Shown here piece after piece: positions 1-8,661 of a DNA stretch of 27,894 nt (its first letter is position 1; the number at the start of each line of letters is the position of its first letter). Location of the stretch: the NCBI GenBank assembly GCA_000388065.2, contig KB932214.1. One strand, written 5' to 3'. Origin of the DNA: Fonticula alba ATCC 38817. Taxonomy: Eukaryota; Protista; Nucleariida. The position numbers and the translations under genes are program-made. The notes beneath the pieces are model-generated. The model did not search any database, had not been told where the DNA came from, and saw nothing but the letters and a program-made list of their open reading frames with translations.

Positions 1-17
1 CCCCCTCCCCTCCTCAG

Positions 18-217
18 CCCTGGTCTTCCGCGAGGATGAGATCTCTGACCGGGACCTGGACGATGTGCCGATCGACAGCGCCGACCCGGCCGGCTGTTTG
101 CTGGCCAAGGACCACGGGGTGTTTGGCCCGGGCCGTCACTCGCGCCATGAGCGGGGGCGGTATGCCTCCCTGTTCGCGGGGTCGGTGCCCCGACGGATGA
201 TCGTCCGCTTCACATAG
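18..217 (+). CDS. Terminal exon of a gene truncated by the window edge; product unknown (..LVFREDEISDRDLDDVPIDSADPAGCLLAKDHGVFGPGRHSRHERGRYASLFAGSVPRRMIVRFT*)
   Basis: Pyrimidine tract + CAG acceptor at 15-17, then 66 codons from 20 to TAG 215-217 with the GC3-rich codon usage of the other genes; AATAAA at 482-487 downstream. No family recognised. Confidence 0.55.
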
Positions 218-870
218 ACACGCATGCTACGCCCCCCCCCCCCCCCTTCTCTGTACAATATTTGCCCTTTCCTCCCCCCTCGCCTCCCTCCCCCTTCATC
301 ACATGGCCGGCCCTTCTCCCCTCTGGTCTTTCGTCCCCTCGGCTGGCTCTCGCACGCTCGCACGCTCGCGCGCGCGCGCGCGCGCTCCCTCCCTGTCTTT
401 TTTTGTGGCCCGATGGCCTTCACACTGGCAGGCGAGGGAGAGCGGTGCGCACACATGTGCACCAGACAATGCGGCATCGACAATAAAGCCCCCCCCCCTC
501 CCCCCCCTCGCCTGCCCGGCCGGCGCTGCATGTTCATCCGGGGAAGGAAAACTACGCTAGTCTATATTGTATCTAGGAAAGAGGAAGGGCGGCGGGCGGC
601 GCTGCACGAGGCACATGGCACACACACACACACACACTCGCCGAGAGGGGGCGAGGCGTGGGCGTGCGCGCATGCACACATGTCCGCCGGGGCCGGTTTT
701 GCCCTCTGCCTCTGTGCCCCGCGCGCATTCGGAGGGGCACGATGTGTGTTGGTGTGTTTGCGTGTGTGGGCGCGCGCTCGACCCCCGCCGCACACGGGCA
801 AGGCCGCGGGTGCACGGGCAACGATATTTCCATGCCCAGCTCTCGAGAGGCGCGAGCGCATGCACGCCGA

Positions 871-908
<38 letters not shown>

Positions 909-944
909 CGCACACACACACACTTTCACATGCCCCGGAGGCGC

Positions 945-2558
945 TCAGTGGAGCTGGCTCCGGCGGAGGTGCTTGGCAATGGTGCCGACCACGGTGTGCT
1001 TGGGGTCCACGCGGTGGGCGGCCGGGCGGCGGGCACCGGTCGGGGGCTGGCGGCCGCGGTGCACCGCCTGCCGGCGGTCCGCCCGCTCGCGGTCGTCCTC
1101 CTGCTCGTGGTCATGCTCCTCCTCCTCCTCCTCGTCGTCGTCCTCCTCCTCCTCCTCGGCGAAGACGTCCTCGTCCAGGATGTCGGCGAAGTCGGCCTCA
1201 TCGTCCTCGGCCCCGAAGAGGTCCAGCTGCTCGTCGAAGCGGTTGAACATGAAGTCCGTGCCGAAGAGGCCGTCCAGCACCTCGTAGTCGTCCTCCTCGC
1301 CCTCGACGCGGAAGCCCTCGGGGCTGTTGCGGAAGCGGCTGTCCACCATGAAGCGGGCGCTCTGGCCGAGGACGCCGTGCGGGTCGCGCGGCCGCCCGAG
1401 CAGGCTGCTGTTGAGGTTGATGTAGGCGTCGGTCATGCTGGCGCGGGCCTTCTCGAAGATGGCCCGGGCGGCCACCTGCCAGCTGGGGGTCTTGACGGTC
1501 ATGCGGTGGGTGCCGTCGATGATGTCGACGCTGATGTTGGACCGGCCGTAATCCAGGGCATAGGGGTGGCCATTGTCCACGGCCAGCTTCTGGCCATTGA
1601 GGAACACGCCGAAGTGCGGGTGGAAGGCCACCGTGTCGTTGCCGACGCGGATGCCCAGGCGGTTCATGTAGGTCCCCTTGAGGGAGTCCAGCCGGGTGAA
1701 CTGGGCGTTCATCTGGAAGTCGGCGTCGGTGATGATGTTGTACACCCGGCCGGAGTGGCCCTCGAAGTAGTAGTCGGCCCCGTTGAAGCCCTTCATGTGG
1801 GGGTCCTGCTTGCCGGCGGCGCTCATGATGGACTGGCAGGTGTCGATGGTCCGGCAGAAGTCCTCCCCCTCGCACCGGTACACCGGGCCCAGGGTCATGG
1901 CGCACTCGCGGGGCGAGTCGCGCAGCTTGCCCTGGCCGGCCTTGCCGCACTGCTCCAGGCTCTGGTAGCAGTAGGTCTTGCCGGGGCAGTTGCACACCAC
2001 GTCGTCGCGCGGGGCCAGGCCCCGCCGGGCCAGGTGCCGGGGCTGCTTGAGCCCGGCGTTGGGGGCGGCGGCCCCGGCGGCGGCCGCCGCCGCGGCCAGG
2101 TCCTCCCCGCCGGGGATGTTTTCCAGGGCATCGGCCAGCAGGGCGTCGGCGGCGGTGGCCACGGCGTCGGCCGTCGGGCCGAGGGGCGGCGCGCGGCCGG
2201 CCTCCACGTCGGCGCTGGCCTGGGCCGCCATTTGCAGGAACTCATTCATCATGCCGGGCAGGTCGATCTTGACCATGTTGCCGCCGGTGCCGATCAGCAC
2301 GCCGCCATCCTCCTCCATGCGGACCTCGGCACGGTGGCCATCGATCATGAGCCGGCCGTCCTCGATGGACACGCGGCTCGGGTCGAAGTCGCCCACCGGG
2401 GCGGCCGACCGGCCGGCCACGACCCCGGTCGAGGTGGCCAGCGCCAGGGCGATGGTCGTGCAGAGGGCCGTCTTGCGGCCGGCGCGCAGGACCGTGTCCA
2501 CCACCTTGCGGGCGGGGGTGTTGGGAGCGGCCTCCTGGGTGTGACGCATGTTGGTCAT
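945..2558 (-). CDS. Secreted 8-Cys-module / QDPH VWD-like (root-cap-like) protein, paralog 1, 537 aa, acidic then basic C-terminal tail
   Basis: Intronless ORF from ATG 2558 (MTNMRH..) to TGA 945-947. Hydrophobic N-terminal segment ALCTTIALALATSTGVVAG; 8-Cys module 1836-1994; motifs QDPHMKGFNG, PHGVLGQ, EGEEDDYEVLDGLFGTDFMFNRF shared with the other two paralogs. The supplied 803-aa ORF runs upstream through an N gap and that part is not trusted. Domain naming is from motif recall, not a search. Confidence 0.85.
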   Translation of the reverse strand: MTNMRHTQEAAPNTPARKVVDTVLRAGRKTALCTTIALALATSTGVVAGRSAAPVGDFDPSRVSIEDGRLMIDGHRAEVRMEEDGGVLIGTGGNMVKIDLPGMMNEFLQMAAQASADVEAGRAPPLGPTADAVATAADALLADALENIPGGEDLAAAAAAAGAAAPNAGLKQPRHLARRGLAPRDDVVCNCPGKTYCYQSLEQCGKAGQGKLRDSPRECAMTLGPVYRCEGEDFCRTIDTCQSIMSAAGKQDPHMKGFNGADYYFEGHSGRVYNIITDADFQMNAQFTRLDSLKGTYMNRLGIRVGNDTVAFHPHFGVFLNGQKLAVDNGHPYALDYGRSNISVDIIDGTHRMTVKTPSWQVAARAIFEKARASMTDAYINLNSSLLGRPRDPHGVLGQSARFMVDSRFRNSPEGFRVEGEEDDYEVLDGLFGTDFMFNRFDEQLDLFGAEDDEADFADILDEDVFAEEEEEDDDEEEEEEHDHEQEDDRERADRRQAVHRGRQPPTGARRPAAHRVDPKHTVVGTIAKHLRRSQLH

Positions 2559-3476
2559 GGTTCTGCGCCGAGGCCGAGCGCGGGGGCCGGGGGGNNNNNN
2601 NNNNNNNNNNNNNNNNNNNNNNNNNNNNNNNNNNNNNNNNNNNNNNNNNNNNNNNNNNNNNNNNNNNNNNNNNNNNNNNNNNNNNNNNNNNNNNNNNNNN
2701 NNNNNNNNNNNNNNNNNNNNNNNNNNNNNNNNNNNNNNNNNNNNNNNNNNNNNNNNNNNNNNNNNNNNNNNNNNNNNNNNNNNNNNNNNNNNNNNNNNNN
2801 NNNNNNNNNNNNNNNNNNNNNNNNNNNNNNNNNNNNNNNNNNNNNNNNNNNNNNNNNNNNNNNNNNNNNNNNNNNNNNNNNNNNNNNNNNNNNNNNNNNN
2901 NNNNNNNNNNNNNNNNNNNNNNNNNNNNNNNNNNNNNNNNNNNNNNNNNNNNNNNNNNNNNNNNNNNNNNNNNNNNNNNNNNNNNNNNNNNNNNNNNNNN
3001 NNNNNNNNNNNNNNNNNNNNNNNNNNNNNNNNNNNNNNNNNNNNNNNNNNNNNNNNNNNNNNNNNNNNNNNNNNNNNNNNNNNNNNNNNNNNNNNNNNNN
3101 NGGGGGGGGGGGGGGGGGTCCTCCCTGGGCGAGCGATCTGTCCACTTTCGTACCTGGGGCGAGGGGAGGGAGGTGGTGGGGTGTCACTTGGGATTGGCCT
3201 CGGGCGTGCGGGGCGCGAGAGCAGAGGGTGCTGGGCGGCGGCTGGGGGGCGCGGATGAGTGTATGTGCGTGTGTGTGTGTGTATGTGTGTGTCGAGCGTC
3301 CACGGAAGGGGAGCGGGCGGGGGAGGGGCGGGGATCTCGAGCGGGATGGCAATCACACCAGGCGGCAGGAGAGGGGTGCAGAGGGGGGGGGGGGGGGGGG
3401 CAGGGGCGGGCGCGAGAAACTACGGCTCTGGGCATGTCTGCTTGGCTGCTGGGTGTTTTGGCGGCGGCCGCGCCGT

Positions 3477-3484
3477 CTTTTATA
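3477..3484 (-). promoter_or_regulatory. TATA box (TATAAAAG), probable promoter of paralog 1
   Basis: Perfect TATAAAAG on the minus strand in very GC-rich DNA, upstream of paralog 1; the same octamer precedes paralog 2. Confidence 0.55.
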
Positions 3485-6368
3485 TTCCCCCGCCCGTGAG
3501 CGTGGGCGACCGGCGGGGGGCAGCGGGGAGGCAGGGGCGGGGCAGGCAGCCCCCGCTGGCGCCCACCGCGTGCCGACATGCGTGTGTGCAGGGCGGATAT
3601 GCTCGGATCGCCGGGCCTGGGACCTGGCGTGGAGGTGCTACGTGGCCGGGGCCGCAGCTACCGGCCCGGCCGGGACAGAGGCCGGCAGCCCGCCAGTCTC
3701 CCCCCCCTCCCACCCCGGCCTGTGTGCCTGTCTGGTTGTCTGGCTCGCGCGGCGCTGCCGGCAGGCGGAGCGACTGGCGGCGGGCAGCCGACCCCTCGGC
3801 GGCCAACACACCGGCCGCATGGGCACATGTATGCGGCGCGCGGGCTCCGTCTCCGGGCAACCGGCGGCCGGGTGGGCCTGCCCGGCCGGCGGTACTGATG
3901 TAAGGCCTCGTCCCCCCGGCCAGCGGCCGGTGATATCAGCGCGGCCGGCCTTCGGCGAGGGGAGGACCTGCCTGACTTCACCGAGCGTCGCCGCGGGCAC
4001 ATGGCCCGCGTGTGCCCGATCATCCGGGTGACGAGGCGCGGTTTCGCCCCGAAGGGCCCCGCCAGGGGGCGGCAAGAGGACGGGGCAGGCGCGCGGCCGG
4101 CCCCGGCGGCCGAAGCCCGAGGGCACCGAGGCAGCCGGCAGCCGGCAGGCAGCCGATGGGCAGGTGTACGCCCCNNNNNNNNNNNNNNNNNNNNNNNNNN
4201 NNNNNNNNNNNNNNNNNNNNNNNNNNNNNNNNNNNNNNNNNNNNNNNNNNNNNNNNNNNNNNNNNNNNNNNNNNNNNNNNNNNNNNNNNNNNNNNNNNNN
4301 NNCCCCCCCCCCCCCTCCCCCCGGGCCTCGATCGCCGCCCACACCCTGGTCTCTTGCTGCTCCCTGGGCCTCGCGCTTGACGGCCGCGGTGACTCCATCG
4401 CGTCCTGGCGCCACTTGTCCTCTCTTCGCCCCTCCCCCCTGCCCCCCGGGGGGCAGGGTGGAGGTCTGACCCGCTCCCGGCCGGGTGGGGAGCCCCGCAG
4501 TGCCTCAACCCCGAGTGCGCAAGCGCGCCGGAGGGCGGGCCGCGGGCGCTCGGGCGTCGGCTCGAACCCGCGGCCGCCGGCCCCGGGCGCCCGGCGATGA
4601 TGGCGCCGGTGATGTGGGCCCCGGCAGAAATGATGGCTGGTGGCGCGCCCCTTGCATGGGGTGGCCGGGGGACGGGCACACGCGGGGCGCCGGGGCGCCG
4701 GGGCGCGGGGCGCGGGGCGCGGAGCGGGGGCATTTCTGCCCGGGTCCGGGATGGGCCCGTGCCGGGCGGCGGCGACAAGGCGACGCATGGCTGGGCGACG
4801 GCCCTCCCCCATGGCCGGATTCCGAATGAGCAGGGGCCGGGGGGGAAGAGAGGCGCGCCAGGCCGGGGGGGAAGAGAGGCGCGCCAGGCCGCGGCCATGA
4901 CAGAGCCCACAAGCGCCTTCGCACACACAGGGGCAAGATCGCGCGCCCCGGGGGCCGCCCCCCCCCCCCCCCTCCCCCCGGGGGCCGGTCATCCCAGCAC
5001 TAAATTGCATTATTAACCGGGATACCAGAACCCGCCGGAATCAGACGAGGCGCGTGCTGGGCGCGCCCTGCCTAGACCACAATCACCTGCGCGGTGGTCA
5101 CTTGGCCCTGCTCCTCCGCCCCGCCTGGAGAGCCGGGGGGGGGGGGGGGGCCCGAGGTCGGGGGCGCCGGCACCCCGCCCAGGGGACCGACCAGCGGTCA
5201 TGCTGTGACCTGTTTTATGGGCGGGTGATGGGATGCCGCTAAGGGCGGGGGCGGGGGGGGCCGGCCGGCCGGCCGGGCGCACATCTCGACGTCAAGGGCC
5301 CCCGGCTCCACGGCCGCACATGCCCGGATCGCCAGCCCGGCAGCGGTGTCGGGCCCCGCGAGCTCCCTGGATCACCGACGCCTGCCTGCACCGTCGGTGC
5401 TCCCCCCTCGCGCAAGGAGGAGATGCCCGGGGGCAGGAACAGGGCGGTGGCGCACACGCAGCCCGCACCGGTGGCGTCTCCGGGGGCATGCGGGCTGCGT
5501 GTGCGCCATTTTGCTGGGCGGTGATCGGGGCGCAGATGGTCCGAGGGCGGAGGCAGGCGCATGGCTTTTCGGCCCCGCCGTGTTGTCTCACCCTCTTCGT
5601 CCCCCCCCCCGGGGGGGGTGGGTGTGTGTGGAATGGGGGAGGGGGGATCTGCCGCCGCTGTGACTCCGGGCGTGCGTGCGCATATGCCGGCCATGGCTGG
5701 GCGCGCGGCGCGGGGTGCGGGCGGGCGGCGAAGAGCATACCTTGCGTCTCGGCGTCCGGCGGGGGCGGGGCAAGTCGGTGGGGGCACGAGAGCAGGCATG
5801 TGAATGGGGGGGGGGAAGGGAGGGGGCTATTGTGTCAGCTTGTATGGGTGGGCGCGGGCAGCCGGGGCCCTGGCCTCCGCGGCGGCATGTGCCCGAGGCG
5901 GCGCGGTGCCTGGCTTGGCATGATATCATTCGCCGCTGGACCTTGTGGGGCATGCTCGCTCGGGGCCGGGCGGCGGAGAGAATGCCCCCGCGCGCGTGCC
6001 CACGCCTGCGACCGGGGCCCCGCCTGGGCGCGGGTCGTGCCCCTGCCCCCGCGGCGGGTCGGCGGGACCCTGGGCACGCGCGCCCCGGAAATCAAAAAAA
6101 AAACACCCGAGGGGGGCGCGAAGGAATCCTGGCGAGGGTGGCTCACGACCGGGGCGGCGAGGACCGCGCATGGTGTGGATAGTGCGTCTGCATGCCCCCT
6201 TGGCGGCGCCCCCTTGGCGGCGCCCCCTTGGTCGTGCCCCCTGCGTGAGTCAGTGGCCTGGCGATGACGACGCCAGTGCGCGGGTCTTGGCCTGGCCGGG
6301 GCGCCAATCTATCCGATTGTGGGCCAGGCGTCCACATCCGGGCGCGCGGACCTGTGTGCAAGTACCGA

Positions 6369-6370
6369 GT

Positions 6371-6435
<65 letters not shown>
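6369..6435. repeat. (GT)n microsatellite, one interruption
   Basis: Directly visible dinucleotide run. Confidence 0.95.
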
Positions 6436-6437
<2 letters not shown>

Positions 6438-6776
6438 GGTAGGTGGATTCTGGGACCACGTTGCCCCGGGGGCCCCGGCCACATGCATGTGGCTGAGCAC
6501 TTGAGGCCGGGATTGGCGCCGCGCCATCCGGTGGAGGAGGGTACAGCCACGCCTTGTGGTCGGCTTCGGGCCCTGCACCGGCCCGGGCGTCGGGACTTGC
6601 CGCCAGGCCGGGCAGCGGGTGCCCGCGTGGTGTGCCGGGGCCCGAGCCCGCATGCCGCCCGGGGTCAGGCGAACCCCGGCCGGGACGCCACGCCGGGGCC
6701 CCCTGGCCCCGAGTGGCCCCTCTCTCGCCTCCCGGCCTGGCCGGTGGGGCCTCCCCGCCGGGGGGAGGGGGAGGGG

Positions 6777-6784
6777 TATAAAAG
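6777..6784 (+). promoter_or_regulatory. TATA box (TATAAAAG), probable promoter of paralog 2
   Basis: TATAAAAG about 340 nt upstream of ATG 7120, followed by a candidate 5'UTR intron (GTGCGT 6935 .. CACAG 7112). Confidence 0.65.
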
Positions 6785-7119
6785 AGCCCGCTCATCGGGC
6801 GGCTCTTGGGAGATTTTTTTCATCAGTCTCGCACTGAAATCGCTTCCCATCCTTCCAATCTACCCCCTTCCCCCCGATCCTCCCCTCTTGACATTGTACC
6901 TCGTGCACAGTGTCTCCAGCCTGATCCTGCCCAAGTGCGTGCCCAGCGGGTCTCAAGGCCCCGCCTCGGCGGCTGCCTCCGCCGCTGCCCCCTCTCCCCT
7001 GCCCGGCCCCCATTCCGCACACGCATGTCCTGACCAACGCGCCTTCCCCCACTCGCACCTCGGCTCCTTCCACGCCGCCCGCACTCACGCACACACGCAC
7101 ACACGCACACAGACACACC

Positions 7120-8073
7120 ATGTCACGCTCGCTCTTCCTCTCGGCCCTGTTCGCCATGCTGGCCATGGTGGCCCTCGCCGGGCTGGCCCATGCCAAGGAC
7201 GACAACACCGCCGCCGTGGAGGAGGTCCTCCATGACGGCATCATCCACGAGGATGTGCCCGGGATCCGCCACTGCAAGTGCACCAAGTCCCTGAAGTGCT
7301 TCGACAACCTGGGCAACTGCGTGAACCACTACCACGCCAAGGAGTTCCCCAATGGCGGCGGCCGGGTGCAGTGCATCACCAACGGCCTGAACATGCCGTT
7401 CTACTCGTGCGACGAGATGCCGGACCTGTGCTTCAACACGGCCACCTGCGACCCGGTGCGCGAGGTCCACTGCAACTGCCGCAAGGAGGTCATCTGCTAC
7501 GACTCGGCGGCCGATTGCCGCCGCAACCACAACCCCCTGAAGCTGAAGGCCGGCGACCGGAACCAGTGCCGGTCGCACGGCAAGACGGTGTATGCCTGCG
7601 CGGAGGAGCCCGGCGTGTGCCGGTCGGTCAGCAATTGCAAAAGGACCCACGGTGGCAATGTGACTCAGGACCCGCATCTGGTGGGCTTCGGCGGCGAGAG
7701 CTTCTACTTCGAGGGCCAGGCCGGCCGTGACTGGAACATCATTTCCGACCCGGGCTTCCAGCTGAACGCCCACTTCATCCGCCTGCACTCGCTGAAGGGT
7801 GCGTTCTGGTGGGGGGGGGGGGGGCGGGGGCGGGGGGTTTCTTTTCCCGTCGACACAACTGACCGCGTCGGTCGTCGCACCTTTCCCCTTTCTCGGCACG
7901 CCTCCACGGCCCGATAACCGCACATGCATCGCCAATCGGCACATTCATGACAAACCCGCACACATCCACACATCCACACATCCACACACCCACGCACACA
8001 TCCACACATCCACACATCCACACACACACACAATCACACACAATCACACACAATCACACACAATCACACACAA

Positions 8074-8105
<32 letters not shown>

Positions 8106-8661
8106 CGCAGGCACCTACATGGGCCGCATCGGCATGCTCTTCGGTGACCAGTCCCTCGCCTTCGACCCGCACTTCGGCGCCTTCGTCAACGGCACCCACA
8201 TCACCGAGGGGTCCATGAGCTTCCCCCAGGCCGAGGTGACGGTCGACCATATTGATGGCCGCTACCGCATGACCGCCCGCACGGCCACCTGGCAGGTGAT
8301 TGCCCGCACGGTCATCGAGCAGGGCGCCCTGTCCGAGGCCTACGTCAACCTGCATGCCAGCCTGGTCGGCACGCCGGAGGACCCGCACGGCATCCTCGGC
8401 CAGACCGCCCGCTTTGCCATGGCCGAGAACGACCTGTCCGACAAGCCGCTGCGCAACCCGGGCGCCCCCTTCCAGCTGGACGGCGAGGAGGCCGACTACG
8501 AGGTGAAGGACGGCCTCTTCGGCACCAACTTCAAGTACAACCGCTTCGGCACCACCGACGAGAATGGCAAGAAGAAGCTCCCCCTGCGGGCCTCGGTTGA
8601 CGGCCACCCGAAGCCCCTGCGCCAGTCGCGCTCGCTCTTCGAGGCCACCGTCGACATGTAA
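7120..8661 (+). CDS. Secreted 8-Cys-module (two tandem copies) / QDPH VWD-like protein, paralog 2, 409 aa; exons 7120-7798 and 8111-8661
   Basis: Classic signal peptide MSRSLFLSALFAMLAMVALAGLAHA; two 8-Cys modules (7273-7638); QDPHLVGFGG. Phase-1 intron 7799-8110 (GTGCGT..CGCAG) rejoins LHSLK-G-TYMGRIG, matching LDSLKGTYMNRLG of paralog 1. Ends TAA 8659-8661. Confidence 0.9.
7950..8105 (+). repeat. Composite intronic minisatellite: (CACATCCA)n, (CACACAATCA)n, then (CA)n
   Basis: Directly visible inside the paralog 2 intron. Confidence 0.85.

Noticed and set aside
2559-3356. N-terminal extensions of paralog 1 (to 3356) and paralog 3 (from 10947) in the ORF track
   Set aside because: They cross 500+ nt N gaps and repeat-derived sequence; the paralogous MTN starts and preceding acceptors define better starts.
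567-4031. 1154-aa plus-strand ORF (also 11205-14273 -, 15502-17766 +, 7123-7944 -)
   Set aside because: Antisense shadows of real GC3-rich genes, extended through microsatellites and N gaps; no coherent protein content.
4555-4575. GGTTCGAGCC, a tRNA B-box/T-loop-like motif on the minus strand
   Set aside because: No cloverleaf, acceptor stem or A box could be built around it.
4835-4890. 26-bp tandem duplication (and a 14-bp x2.7 repeat at 6194-6231)
   Set aside because: Adjacent units without spacers, so not CRISPR-like; ordinary slippage repeats in intergenic DNA.
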